A stretch of DNA of 64,000 bases, from positions 23,646-87,645 of the IMG/VR virus record IMGVR_UViG_2639762957_000001; one strand, written 5' to 3'. The DNA comes from a virus (taxonomy: Duplodnaviria > Caudoviricetes). Shown piece after piece: positions 7,921-17,889 of this stretch. Within the stretch, counting starts at the first letter, position 1. Each line of letters opens with the position of its first letter. The notes under the pieces are model-generated. The model was not told the DNA's origin, did not search any database, and saw only the letters and a list, made by a program, of their open reading frames with translations. The position numbers were made by a program, and so were the translations under genes.

Positions 7921-10707
7921 TCAGGCACGCCGCTCTGTGCTTTGGGATTTTTCCTGTACTTTTCCCCGTTTCGGCTGGTTTTCGATGGCTTTCTTGATGT
8001 CCGGCCGTTCCAGGCTTTCCTTGACGTATTTCTTGTACTTCGGCAGGTAATTCCCAATCCAGCGCTCAATCGTATCGGCTTTGTACTTCTTAGCCAGTTC
8101 GGCTACCATATAATCCGCTTTTTCCTTGTCCGTATGGCAGTAATTGACAATGGCCTTGGCTTCATACCACGGCATGACCTGTGCGACTTTCCGGCCAATC
8201 TTGGGCCGGTGTTCTTCCATGTTTTCCGGCTCGAAGCCGCGCTGGATGACAGCTTCGATTTCTTCCGGTTTGGGCCGCTCAAATTCGACAGCCGATTCCA
8301 GCTGCACCTGGTTATCCGTATATTTCTCAAGGACCCGTAGGCCCTTATTCAAATCTTTCAGGGCTGTCCGGCCACGGTCATCCAGGTCATCCTTTCCACT
8401 GTTGATGAGGTCTTTCGAGAACCGGGCGCTGCCGATCTTCATCTGGCCGTCATAGTATTCCCGGCTGAGGACAGGGACCTCATCATAAGATACGGTGAGC
8501 TTGCGCCAGCCGGAATATTCTACCGGCTTCATGCCGCTCTGTTCATGTGTGAACATGTCCCGGTCGTCCTGCATCAGGGCATAGACGAATTGGCGGGCTT
8601 CATCGCCCTTGTATGATTCCTTCCCTGCGTCTGTTTCCAGGGATACGGCGAACTTATCCTCAAATTCCTGTACATGGTGCTGCTCGATTTCCTTGATGAA
8701 GGGTTTTACCGGCAGTGGTTCTTCTTCCATGCCAGGAGCCATGAAATGGCCGTCATAGTCAGGAACGAGGGAATGTTTCAGCTCGATGACCAGTCCGTCT
8801 CCTTTTCGTCCATAGAATTCCGGTGTCTTCACATCGAGAGCCATTTCACCGTATTTCCGGCGCACGTCGATTTCATCTGTGATGTGCTCATTGGCTGGTA
8901 TCCGGTACAGATACGTATCAACCCGGTCTTCAATCTTCTTGTATACCGGGTGGGATGACAGATAGCGGCTTTCGCTCTGTAACAGCGGCTCTATAGTCCG
9001 TGACAGCTCCAAGTCTGCTTTCTGGTATTCCTGTACCATGAGCCGGGCTTCGGCAGCTTTCAGCGTTTCCGGGCTGGCTTCCCAGGCTTCCTTGAATTCC
9101 TCGCTGCCATTGAACAGCTTCAGCTTCATCCGTTCTGTAATGGCTTCTTCCCGTCGTACCTCATCGAAAGCCTGTTCCCGCAACGGACGGAGGGCTGCAT
9201 ATTTCAGGCTTTCGGTAAGAGTTCCCTTGTTCCCCGTCTGTAGCAGTCCCTGTTCCAGGGAAATATTCTGTTTCCAATCCTTGAACTGTACCTTGAAGGC
9301 GACTTCCTTCCGGTACTCCGGATTGTCGATGTTCTCGAAGAGACGCCGGTCTTCCTGTACGATATGGAACAGGACTTTATAAGCGTCATCGCCCTTGAGC
9401 TGCGCCCCTTTAGGGATGAGCGTGTCCTTCATCTGGTAGTCCTGTTTCATCGTGACTTCCAGCTGCTGCAAGGGGTCTTTCATCATGGCTTCCAGTTCGC
9501 GGGCCTGCTGGGCGACCCGTTTCAATTCGGATTTTTCAAAGGCCCCGTTGATTTTCTGGGACGCCGTATCGCCCCGATAGGCACTCTTGTACAGTATCTT
9601 CGTCGTGGCATCGTGTTCGAGATATTCCGTGATCAGGGCGCCATCCTTTATCTTGTACGGTTTCGTCGCCCCGGCGTGCTGGAGCAGCTTAGTCATAGCA
9701 TATTCCCGTTCCAGCGCCCGCTGGGCAGGCAGCCGAGCTTCATGCCAGGTGTTCTCCCCGGCCAGCTTGCGCAGGGCCTTGATGCCTTCCAGTGGGTCCT
9801 TGAACAGGGCTTCATCCTTCATTTCGACGCCATTATCTTTCAGCATGGTCTTTATCCGGTCCGTGATTTCTTCCGGTGACAGATTCTGTCCTTTTTCATA
9901 AGGCGGGATGCCTTCAATGTCTTTGGCGTTATATAGCTTCCACGTGACCAGATGGTACTTTGCGTCCTTATTGACAAGATATTCAAAGGTTTCCGGCTTG
10001 GCCCCTTCCCGGAGTTTCCAGCCAGCCTTGTCAATATCTGTCTTGCACATGTACCGCGGGTCCGGCTCATCGAGGATCATGGCTTTGAGGTAATTGGCAC
10101 AGGTCATCTCTTTCTGCACAGGCTGGCCATCCTGGCCAATCTTTATCTGGCAGGGAATCTTATCCATGCTTTTGAAGAAGGCCCCTGTCTCATGCAGATT
10201 GTTTATTAGCTGGTTCTCAATGGTACGGCGCCGGCTCAGGCAGGTCGCTTCTTCATTGTCGAAGAATTCCTTCGTCCGTTTGAAACTCCCTTCCTTCCGG
10301 GCCTGCCGGGCCGTCTTGTTCCGGTAGCGGACGGCTTTCGTGCGGCTCTGTTCCTTCTCTGGCGCCCTGCCCATCAGGTCTTCGATACGGTCATAGGCTT
10401 CATACCGGGTCTGGATGCCTTCATTCCACATGACCAACATATAAATATCGCCGGATTTTCCCGTTTCCCAGTCCTTGAACATGTTGTAGTTCGTGCCGGA
10501 TGCCGGATTCTCCGAATCGAAGATAGAGAGCTTCCCACGGCCTTTCATGCTGCCAAACCGGCACTGGTCCGGCGAAAAGAAGCGCCGGCCATAATAGCGG
10601 GAACCTGCCGGGGCCTTGCTGTCCTGGGGCAGGTTGCCCATGCAGTATTCCTGGATACGGTTCTTATAGTACGCATAATTGCGTTGCTTGTACTTCCGTT
10701 TCTTCAT
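7921..10707 (-). CDS. Large polyvalent protein (primase Zn-binding-like N-terminus, ArdC-like ssDNA-binding domain, internal repeat)
   Basis: 'FKDWETGKSGDIYMLV'; 'NYL....DPRYM.....KAGWKLREGAK....EY'; repeats KGDDAYKVL..IVQEDR / KGDEARQFV..LMQDDR. Confidence 0.55.
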   Translation of the reverse strand: MKKRKYKQRNYAYYKNRIQEYCMGNLPQDSKAPAGSRYYGRRFFSPDQCRFGSMKGRGKLSIFDSENPASGTNYNMFKDWETGKSGDIYMLVMWNEGIQTRYEAYDRIEDLMGRAPEKEQSRTKAVRYRNKTARQARKEGSFKRTKEFFDNEEATCLSRRRTIENQLINNLHETGAFFKSMDKIPCQIKIGQDGQPVQKEMTCANYLKAMILDEPDPRYMCKTDIDKAGWKLREGAKPETFEYLVNKDAKYHLVTWKLYNAKDIEGIPPYEKGQNLSPEEITDRIKTMLKDNGVEMKDEALFKDPLEGIKALRKLAGENTWHEARLPAQRALEREYAMTKLLQHAGATKPYKIKDGALITEYLEHDATTKILYKSAYRGDTASQKINGAFEKSELKRVAQQARELEAMMKDPLQQLEVTMKQDYQMKDTLIPKGAQLKGDDAYKVLFHIVQEDRRLFENIDNPEYRKEVAFKVQFKDWKQNISLEQGLLQTGNKGTLTESLKYAALRPLREQAFDEVRREEAITERMKLKLFNGSEEFKEAWEASPETLKAAEARLMVQEYQKADLELSRTIEPLLQSESRYLSSHPVYKKIEDRVDTYLYRIPANEHITDEIDVRRKYGEMALDVKTPEFYGRKGDGLVIELKHSLVPDYDGHFMAPGMEEEPLPVKPFIKEIEQHHVQEFEDKFAVSLETDAGKESYKGDEARQFVYALMQDDRDMFTHEQSGMKPVEYSGWRKLTVSYDEVPVLSREYYDGQMKIGSARFSKDLINSGKDDLDDRGRTALKDLNKGLRVLEKYTDNQVQLESAVEFERPKPEEIEAVIQRGFEPENMEEHRPKIGRKVAQVMPWYEAKAIVNYCHTDKEKADYMVAELAKKYKADTIERWIGNYLPKYKKYVKESLERPDIKKAIENQPKRGKVQEKSQSTERRA

Positions 10708-10715
10708 GGTCCTCG

Positions 10716-10922
10716 CTACCCTTCATAATCAAAACCACTGTTCTTGTCATCATCAAGCATCTGCCGGATAGCTGACGGATTGTCCAGTTCCAGTTCCCAC
10801 GTATCCCGGAAGCTGACGCCGTATTCTTCTTCGGCTGTCATGATTTCCTTGGCTTCATCCTGGCTGATGCCCATAGCCAGCAGTTCCTTTTCATGTAATT
10901 TCTGTACTTCTTCATAACCCAT
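10716..10922 (-). CDS. Small acidic hypothetical protein
   Basis: GGAGAGGAG RBS, operonic. Confidence 0.55.
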   Translation of the reverse strand: MGYEEVQKLHEKELLAMGISQDEAKEIMTAEEEYGVSFRDTWELELDNPSAIRQMLDDDKNSGFDYEG

Positions 10923-11048
10923 AAGTCATTTCTCCTCTCCAGTTTCAATGTCTGAGCGGATTCTGGCCCTGGCATCCTGCTGCCAGCAGCAGGATGACCA
11001 GGATCAGGAACAGCGTCGTCGCAATCAAGAAAAACAAATCCAAAACAT

Positions 11049-11903
11049 TCACCTCTTGTTATAGCTGCGGGCCAGTGTCCGCTGGCCGTATGTCGTACCG
11101 TCACTCCAATGGACTTCATCCCATTTGTCGCGCATCCTTCCCGATGCCCGGAAGATACGGTCGGTCTGGGCCAAATCATTGCCGTTGCGGAAATTGACGT
11201 TCCAGCAGAAATAGAGATCGTCCCGGCTCCGGTCGCCTGTCCAGGCGTCTTCGCCGTTATACAGGGCCTGCAGGATACGGCCGTTCTTCTGCTTGAACAG
11301 GGCTTCCAGCAGCTTTTCATCGCTGCCTTTCAATACCGCTGGCTCTGCCTTCTTCCGGCTAGCCGGCTTCTTCTCTTGCTTTACCGCAGGGGCAATACGG
11401 GATACCAGTTCATCCAGAACGGCCTGGCCGTTCTGGATCGGCGCATCGAGGATGGCGTTGCCGGTCACGGTGAAGTACCTGTCCTGTGCATAGACCTCGA
11501 CGTCATCCGTCCGGATGCCCCGCCGGCCATCTTTAAGGCCATCAGCGGTGATGATGATGTGCAGGCCTGTCCCGGACGGACTTTTTTCACAGTATGATTC
11601 GAACCGGTCCACCAGTTCCTGTGCATCTTCCCGGATACGGCCGTCATCATCGATGCAGTGGTCGATGTCGATGCCCACAAAGGGATCATCGGCAGTAAAG
11701 ACGAAGCCCAGACCGTCGTAGCGATAAGCAGCCCGGCAGGCTTCCGAATACGTCCCCCACGTAAGGGGATTGTTGACCTGTGCCGGTTTCCCTGTTTTCG
11801 GGTCGTAGGGCATCTTCACTTTCTTCACCTTTTTGCCCTGCCGTTTGATGAATGTCTTCCATACGACCCATTGGGCACATTCCCTCAATGCTCTTGGTAT
11901 CAT
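11049..11903 (-). CDS. AEP primase-polymerase (NrS-1 family) with helix-bundle C-domain, no helicase
   Basis: QWVVWK, KMPY, TWGTY, GLGFVF, GIDIDHC, EKSPSGTGLHI, RYFTVTG, 'DRSRDD', 'MRDKWDE...TYGQRT'. Confidence 0.85.
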   Translation of the reverse strand: MIPRALRECAQWVVWKTFIKRQGKKVKKVKMPYDPKTGKPAQVNNPLTWGTYSEACRAAYRYDGLGFVFTADDPFVGIDIDHCIDDDGRIREDAQELVDRFESYCEKSPSGTGLHIIITADGLKDGRRGIRTDDVEVYAQDRYFTVTGNAILDAPIQNGQAVLDELVSRIAPAVKQEKKPASRKKAEPAVLKGSDEKLLEALFKQKNGRILQALYNGEDAWTGDRSRDDLYFCWNVNFRNGNDLAQTDRIFRASGRMRDKWDEVHWSDGTTYGQRTLARSYNKR

Positions 11904-11921
11904 CGTACTGCCTCCTTTACG

Positions 11922-12890
11922 TTAGCGTTCCATACCGCGTGACTTCGCGTTTTCCTGCGGCCTGCGGACGGTAACACGGCGCTTGGCCGGTGCCTTTTCG
12001 ACGGTCTTTTCTTCTGCCTTTTCAGCCGTCTTTTCGGTTTCCTGGCGGCGCCATTTAGCCGGTGTCGCCTTGGACCGGGCGATGGCCTGCTTTTCCTGGG
12101 CTTCGGCCCGCTGACGGCTCTGTTCGATTTGGCGGCTCGCTTCGTTCAGCCGGGCCGTCGTCCTCGACAGGACGCTTTCAACGGCATGATAGGCCTTAGC
12201 TTTGATGGCGTTCCGGACCCGGCGCGGCGCTTCGGAAATCGCATGGCACGTATCCTGTACCGTATGGGATACGGTGTCACGGATTTCTTTGAGAGGGTGC
12301 TTCTGGTTCTGCTTGACTGTTTCCTGGAAAACACGGAAGGCTTCGGCCGCTACCATGAGCTGTTCTGGTGTCAGCGTTGTCTGGGAAGCTTCCCGCAGGT
12401 CTTTGATGGTTTCCTGCATCTGGGCCATCTGGGCCTGCATCCGGCGGTTTGCTTCGCGCTGCGCTTCCAGTTCCTTCGCATACATCTGGTTCAGCTTCTG
12501 GATCTGTTCCTTGAAGGCCTTGCTAGCATCTTCAAAGGAATCCCGTGCCTTTTGGATGGCCGTCTGCTTGACAGCCTGCGGCTTTTCCTGTTCATAGGCA
12601 TCCCGGCAGTCCGACAGGTTCTGGTTGATGGTTTTCTGCTTCTTGGCATGTTCCTTCCAGACTTCCGGCTGGGAGTGGCCGCAGTCCTGTTCCATCTGCC
12701 GGTAGCCTTGCATCTGTGTCGTCATATTCTTGGCGGCATCTTTCACCGGCTTCAGATCCTTTTCCGGCACGACCTTTTCCGTCTTTGCCATTTCCTGTGT
12801 CGATTCCTGATAGAACTGGGCTTCCCAGGCATCGAGTTCTTCCTGGGAAATTTCTTCATACATATCCTGGTTCATAATATTCTCCTCCAA
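11922..12890 (-). CDS. Coiled-coil hypothetical protein with basic C-terminal tail
   Basis: Q/E/K-rich, ends ...KSRGMER. Confidence 0.65.
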   Translation of the reverse strand: MEENIMNQDMYEEISQEELDAWEAQFYQESTQEMAKTEKVVPEKDLKPVKDAAKNMTTQMQGYRQMEQDCGHSQPEVWKEHAKKQKTINQNLSDCRDAYEQEKPQAVKQTAIQKARDSFEDASKAFKEQIQKLNQMYAKELEAQREANRRMQAQMAQMQETIKDLREASQTTLTPEQLMVAAEAFRVFQETVKQNQKHPLKEIRDTVSHTVQDTCHAISEAPRRVRNAIKAKAYHAVESVLSRTTARLNEASRQIEQSRQRAEAQEKQAIARSKATPAKWRRQETEKTAEKAEEKTVEKAPAKRRVTVRRPQENAKSRGMER

Positions 12891-13322
12891 TTACTGACTA
12901 AGCTGTGCTTTTAGAACGCTGGTCATCTGTACGGTTATCGCATGGACGCAGTCCAGGGCTTCCGCCATGCCGCCGGTATGGACGAGGTATCCGCCCCGGC
13001 TGGCGTCCCCTGCCAGGGAGAAACAAATCATCATTTCCGATACCAGCAAGTCCACTTGATTCATCAGGCCCTTGGCCAGTGCCTTTACTACTTCCATGCT
13101 GCGCATATCCCACGGCAGCCCTGGCCATTCCGGGTGGAACAGCAGCGGCATCGTGTTCCCTAATGTGCACATGGCTTCTTCCGGTGTCACGTTAGCTGCC
13201 ATTAAGAAGCGCTTCGGTTCTTGCTTTGGCCTGGCACAGATGACGCAGTTCAGGTTCATCGAATCGATGTCATTCAGGAAGTCCCCGAACTTTTTCCTTA
13301 ATTTCATGTCGATTTCGTTCAT
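12891..13322 (-). CDS. Hypothetical protein
   Basis: AAGGAG RBS, operonic. Confidence 0.55.
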   Translation of the reverse strand: MNEIDMKLRKKFGDFLNDIDSMNLNCVICARPKQEPKRFLMAANVTPEEAMCTLGNTMPLLFHPEWPGLPWDMRSMEVVKALAKGLMNQVDLLVSEMMICFSLAGDASRGGYLVHTGGMAEALDCVHAITVQMTSVLKAQLSQ

Positions 13323-13339
13323 TCAAATCAGCTCCTTTC

Positions 13340-14539
13340 TTATCGGCTTATACCTTTCGTCTTATCTGTCGTTGTGCGCCGGACGGCGACGCGGCGTTTC
13401 CGTTTCGGCTTGTCCGGGATGGTGATGGACCGATGGATGGGCTTGAAATCCCGTTTCTTCGCCTTTTCCGGCCCTGGCTGAGGCACCGGTTCTACTGTCC
13501 TTGCAGCCCTTTCGATAGTGTGCTCATCGGTCTTCGTCTGTACCTTCTGCAGGTCACGTTCAATCATGTGGTCCTTGATGTAGTCCGTCATTTTCTGTGC
13601 TTCAGCAGCTGCCCGGAAAAGCTCATCCGGATCCTTTTCGATGACCTCGGCCCAGCTTTGCAGGTAGGCCACATGGTTCTCATAGTGCTCCTTACCTGGG
13701 GCTACGCCGTATTCCTGGCCCAGGAACAAGGAAGTCATTTCAGCTCGCAGTTCTTCCTTAGCGTAAATCGGGCCGCCGAACCCGTCAGACTTTGTGATGC
13801 CTTCCCGATTCATCCGGTTTTCAGCCCCCGTAGAATGGGCGATTTCATGGGCTACGGTCCCGTAGAAGGCCCCTAACGACTTGAATTCTTCCCTCGGCAT
13901 GACATGTACACAGTCTTCACTGACCCGGTAGAAATTCTGGTTCTTCTGGTCGAATTGGACCTTGGCTTCGCTGTTGGCGATCATGGCTTCCATGGCAGCG
14001 TTCCGGTCCTTTTCATCGAGGGTGATGTCATGAGGCCTTTCCGGCGGGATGTTGGCAATCTGGTCGCCGTTGAAGACGATGTAGCGCCGGACCAGCGGTG
14101 GATTCAGCCGTCTTACGGCCGGTTTCATCCGGCCTGTTTCCGGATCGGGTTCCATCTTTGGCACCAGCTTCCCCGTCTTCGGGTCCTTTTCCATGAGGGG
14201 CTTGGTGTACTGCCAGTATTCAATCGGGATGCCCTTGGCCCCCTTCTTGATGTGAGGTTGCTTTTCAAAGGGAAGCCCTTCTTTCTGCAAAGATTTGACC
14301 TGATTGAACGTAGCCCAGCGGGTATCCTTGAAACCGAATCTGTCGGCAGCGACGGTGAGCATCATATTGTTGATGCCGTGGTATTTCGTATCCTTGCCCT
14401 GCAGGTCGGCTACAAGGTTGCGGTGAGGATGGCCATAATGGCCGCTGTCCCAGAAAAAGGGCTTGCCCGAACGGATGTCCTCTACGACACGCTTTGCCAG
14501 GGCTTCCCGTTCTTCCTGGATTTTCTGTGGTAACGGCAT
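13340..14539 (-). CDS. ardC: ArdC family antirestriction protein (ssDNA-binding plus zincin MPTase)
   Basis: YHGINNMML, RWATFNQ, IKKGAKG, VFNGDQ, HEIAHSTG, YAKEELRAE, YLQSW. Confidence 0.9.
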   Translation of the reverse strand: MPLPQKIQEEREALAKRVVEDIRSGKPFFWDSGHYGHPHRNLVADLQGKDTKYHGINNMMLTVAADRFGFKDTRWATFNQVKSLQKEGLPFEKQPHIKKGAKGIPIEYWQYTKPLMEKDPKTGKLVPKMEPDPETGRMKPAVRRLNPPLVRRYIVFNGDQIANIPPERPHDITLDEKDRNAAMEAMIANSEAKVQFDQKNQNFYRVSEDCVHVMPREEFKSLGAFYGTVAHEIAHSTGAENRMNREGITKSDGFGGPIYAKEELRAEMTSLFLGQEYGVAPGKEHYENHVAYLQSWAEVIEKDPDELFRAAAEAQKMTDYIKDHMIERDLQKVQTKTDEHTIERAARTVEPVPQPGPEKAKKRDFKPIHRSITIPDKPKRKRRVAVRRTTTDKTKGISR

Positions 14540-14554
14540 AAAATCAACTCCCTT

Positions 14555-14689
14555 CTAACGGACCCGTGCCGCATTATCGGCTTCCGATTCATTTTCCAGT
14601 TCCTGCTTTTCTTCATCCGTGAGCAGGTCAGCATCGCGCGGATCCATGCCGCCGTACTTTTCTTCAAAACGCATATCTTCTTTTTCCAT
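14555..14689 (-). CDS. Small acidic protein (44 aa; not in ORF track)
   Basis: AAGGAG RBS; MEKEDMRFEEKYGG...ARVR*. Confidence 0.45.
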   Translation of the reverse strand: MEKEDMRFEEKYGGMDPRDADLLTDEEKQELENESEADNAARVR

Positions 14690-14703
14690 ATGGATTCTCC
14701 TTC

Positions 14704-15006
14704 CTACAATTTGAAACGGTTCTCGATATTATCCGGATAGAGCCTGTCCATCATCTCCTCCCGACGTTTCTGGTATTCCGGCTGCTGACTGACTTCCCGG
14801 ACCAGCTTCTTGCCATAGTGGCTGATGACCCGGTTCAGACTGTACTTCTGCAATACCTGGGCTAGTTTCAACGGTGAATACTGCATCCCCGGCATGGCCA
14901 TGCGCAGGAAACGTATATCTGCCTCGCGCTGCGCTTCTATCCCGGTGATTTCCTGCCCCTTCATGAAACGCTTATACAGTGCTGCCAAAGACGGCTGTGC
15001 CATCAC
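14704..15006 (-). CDS. Hypothetical protein
   Basis: AAGGAGGG RBS. Confidence 0.55.
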   Translation of the reverse strand: MMAQPSLAALYKRFMKGQEITGIEAQREADIRFLRMAMPGMQYSPLKLAQVLQKYSLNRVISHYGKKLVREVSQQPEYQKRREEMMDRLYPDNIENRFKL

Positions 15007-15235
15007 AATCCCTCCTTTCCCTCTTCATAAAAAGCCTTTTCTAAGATTGGTTCCATCCCTTTCTGAAGCCAATGTGAAAAATAATCTTCATGGGAACGTT
15101 GCTGCATGGACTCACCTCGATTCTGTTATACCTGTTTTACCTGCTCACAAGCCGTTTAAACGGCTTTTTGTTTTATCTGTGATTAATGAGCTGTTCGCAG
15201 AAAGAAAAGGCCTTACAAGCGATTCTGTGACGATT

Positions 15236-16015
15236 TCAGGACATTTCCCGCTGGCGTTCCCTGCTTCTGGTGCGTTCCTGCCCTTTGCTCCGCATGACGG
15301 TCACATGGCGTTTGCGGCATACAGTGCATTTCTTTTCGTGGTTATCATGGGTGATAGCCTTTTCCTCGGTCATGTTTTTCTTCTTGTTCAAGGAATAGGT
15401 GATTCCTTTCTTGTCCATGTACCAGCGCAGTGATTCCAGGCGGCCCCGGTACTGCTGCTGCCAGAATTCCACATCATTCTGGTTGCCGGCACTCATGTCA
15501 TCCTTGATTTGAGCATCGATATAGCGGAGTTCCCGGCTTTCATCGAGGATGTACTGCTTTTCATTCTTCGTGAGGCCCGACGCCAGCAACATTTCCTGAT
15601 CGTCCGTATCGTCGTCATCAAAACCGATTTCCACAGACAGGTCTTCCTTCTTGCCGTCTTCCTGAATCAAAAGCTGATTTCTGCTGGCCGGTTCCCGTTC
15701 GATGTTATATTGCTTCAAGTAAGCATCGAGCTTTTCCAGGCGGTTCCACCACTGCGTAGCCGCTCTCGTAGCCCCGTAGCGGTTCCCTTTCTCTGTTTCT
15801 TCTACAACTCGGCTGTCCAGGTAACGGAGCTTGGCAGCTTCCCGTTCCACATCCTTTTTGATTTTCCGAAGTGTTGCCAAGGGAGCTACTAAAATGGATT
15901 CGGCTTCCCGGCAGTTGTCATGGATGCAGAATGGATAAATCGTCTTTTCCTTTTTCTGGTCTTCCTTCCATGTTCTTTCTTTTGATTGCATGACTGGCTC
16001 CTTCCCTATACACAT
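15236..16015 (-). CDS. Hypothetical protein with basic C-terminal tail
   Basis: ORF track; AAGGAG RBS before MQSKE. Confidence 0.55.
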   Translation of the reverse strand: MCIGKEPVMQSKERTWKEDQKKEKTIYPFCIHDNCREAESILVAPLATLRKIKKDVEREAAKLRYLDSRVVEETEKGNRYGATRAATQWWNRLEKLDAYLKQYNIEREPASRNQLLIQEDGKKEDLSVEIGFDDDDTDDQEMLLASGLTKNEKQYILDESRELRYIDAQIKDDMSAGNQNDVEFWQQQYRGRLESLRWYMDKKGITYSLNKKKNMTEEKAITHDNHEKKCTVCRKRHVTVMRSKGQERTRSRERQREMS

Positions 16016-16051
16016 ACATACTGTGTATATACTCTAATCTCTTAATCTCTA

Positions 16052-16402
16052 GCGTCACATTGTGCGCACAGTCGCGTCACATTTGGCGCACAATGTGACG
16101 CCCTTATAAATGCCTTAATATTGCCATGATTAGCTGTTTTTGAAACACTTTATCGTACCGATGTTGACACCCCTGTTGATTTCAATAGGCATGACCTGTT
16201 GACAGGCTGTTGTCACATTTTTGCACATTTGGCGCACATCGGTGTCACATTTAGCGCACAATGTGACGCCCCTATAAATGGCTTAATATTGCTACTTCTC
16301 ACTATTTTTGAAACATTTTATCGTGCCGATGTTGACAGGTATGTTGATTGCATGTTGATTGCATGTTGACAGGCTGTTGATTTCCTATTCACGAATGTTG
16401 AC
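16052..16402. repeat. Iteron-like putative replication origin
   Basis: Two ~94-bp direct repeats (16076-16169, 16244-16337), GTCACATT/AATGTGAC palindromes, an 11-bp-period TGTTGA run (16342-16380) and an adjacent AT-rich tract. Confidence 0.7.
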
Positions 16403-16467
16403 TTTTCTGTATTTTTAATCAAAATAAGCCACTTTTAACGAATTTTATTTCACATCAATGAATGAAA

Positions 16468-16914
16468 TCATTTTTTCCCTGGCGGTAATGATTTCCGTTG
16501 CTGGGCACGCAGCTTTCTCATGCTAGCCCGGCTGGAAGCATTATGGCGTTGTTTTCGCATCCGCCTGGCACTATCCGTTTCACTGCCTACGAGCATTTCA
16601 AAGTGAGTGATATACAGGATTTGCGGTTCAATCCAGGACAGCAGCCCTGCTTTCAGCAATGTATCAACGCCAACTTTGACAGTCGAGCTAGACATCCTCA
16701 CCTTGTGGGAAAGGTCTTCCGGCGTATAAGGGACTTCCATATCTCCCAACAGCCGGACCAGCCTTCCTTCCGTATTCAGTGCGATTTTACACAGTAGGAT
16801 ATACATGGAAAAGTAATTGCCTCCTTCGTCCTGAGTCAGCAGCCATTCGATGGGATCGCTTTCCAAGAAATCCTCTGGTAGCTTAATGAAATACCAACGC
16901 TTGTTCTTACTCAT
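16468..16914 (-). CDS. Phage replisome organiser N-terminal domain protein (short)
   Basis: WYFIKLPEDF, 'L.TEGRL.....VPYT', 'MLVGSETDSARRMRK'. Confidence 0.85.
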   Translation of the reverse strand: MSKNKRWYFIKLPEDFLESDPIEWLLTQDEGGNYFSMYILLCKIALNTEGRLVRLLGDMEVPYTPEDLSHKVRMSSSTVKVGVDTLLKAGLLSWIEPQILYITHFEMLVGSETDSARRMRKQRHNASSRASMRKLRAQQRKSLPPGKK

Positions 16915-16932
16915 AAATACCTTCTTTCACCA

Positions 16933-17145
16933 TTACGCCTGTTCCGTATATGGCGGAATCGCCTGGTTCGTTGTAATGGAAATATCGTAGTGTTTGGGAT
17001 GAATCCCACAAGTGACAATATTTTCGGCATCCGAATCGTAGCCGATGTACTGGCCGGTTTTGTTGTTCCATACCACGTTCGTGAGGACAATCTTCCGCCC
17101 GTTGATTTCAAGGTTAATCGTGAACTTCTCAGTCTTTGCTTTCAT
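16933..17145 (-). CDS. Hypothetical protein
   Basis: AAGGA RBS, overlaps xis. Confidence 0.5.
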   Translation of the reverse strand: MKAKTEKFTINLEINGRKIVLTNVVWNNKTGQYIGYDSDAENIVTCGIHPKHYDISITTNQAIPPYTEQA

Positions 17146-17401
17146 TGTCTGTATTCCTTTCTGCGGCTTTTACAAGTTCGATGATATTCTTCCCTTCAAA
17201 GCGTTCTAAAAATGCGTTCAGCGTGAATTTACGCACTCTGGGATAACGTCCAAAATAAATAGCTGGCAACATTTTCAACTGAATCAGCTTGTGAATGAAT
17301 CCCTGTGAGGTTCCCATTTTTTTGGCGACGTCGGGAACCGTAATCAGTTCATCCATGCTGTCATAAACGACTTTGACTTTGATGTCTGGAATGTTTGCCA
17401 T
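17129..17401 (-). CDS. Excisionase-like HTH protein
   Basis: 'LITVPDVAKKMG...MLPAI...RVRKFTLNAFL'; homologous to 51645-51869. Confidence 0.7.
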   Translation of the reverse strand: MANIPDIKVKVVYDSMDELITVPDVAKKMGTSQGFIHKLIQLKMLPAIYFGRYPRVRKFTLNAFLERFEGKNIIELVKAAERNTDNESKD

Positions 17402-17478
17402 ATTGCTCACTTCTTTCTTTTTTATGTGCTTGTCAAATATATAGGATTTTCTATTGACATTGTTATTCCTTAAAAAAG

Positions 17479-17727
17479 TCATACGGTTTTCCGTACCTTA
17501 TGGGTAAAAAAAAGAGCAGATACTTCATCAGCTGTTAAAGGACGATCAATAGCTTGATTAGCTACCTTATCAATTTCTCGTTGCGTAAAAGGAACCTTAT
17601 TTCCTAAACGTTCATATACGGCAGTTGTCCCAATACCCAAAAATTTAGAAAAGTTGCGAATATTGCCAAAGTGTTCAATAATAAACCCCCTCAGCTGCGC
17701 ATAGTTAAATTCCATATCTTGAACCAT
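17479..17727 (-). CDS. Cro-like HTH (DUF739-like)
   Basis: 'FNYAQLRGFIIEHFG...FTQREI...LFF'; divergent from the repressor. Confidence 0.75.
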   Translation of the reverse strand: MVQDMEFNYAQLRGFIIEHFGNIRNFSKFLGIGTTAVYERLGNKVPFTQREIDKVANQAIDRPLTADEVSALFFTHKVRKTV

Positions 17728-17751
17728 AATTTTTCCTCCCTTCTACTTTTA

Positions 17752-17858
17752 TACGGTTTTCCGTAATTAAATTATAAAGCCGTTGCTCTATCTTGTCAAC
17801 GGTTTTCCGTAAAAAAGTATCATTTACAGTTGTAATTGTTCGTTTTTCCGTATATAAT
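17752..17858. promoter_or_regulatory. Divergent promoters with TACGG-TTTT-CCGTA operators
   Basis: Operators at 17752, 17798, 17839 (and 17482). Leftward TTGACA-17-TATAAT (17799-17771); rightward TTGTAA-17-TATAAT (17830-17858). Confidence 0.8.
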
Positions 17859-17889
17859 ATAGATAAAGTAATCGATTGGAGGTCGTTAT

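Noticed and set aside
16052-16402. Possible CRISPR or mini-array
   Set aside because: Only two long copies plus short phased units, no regular repeat-unique spacer pattern and no cas genes; iterons fit better.
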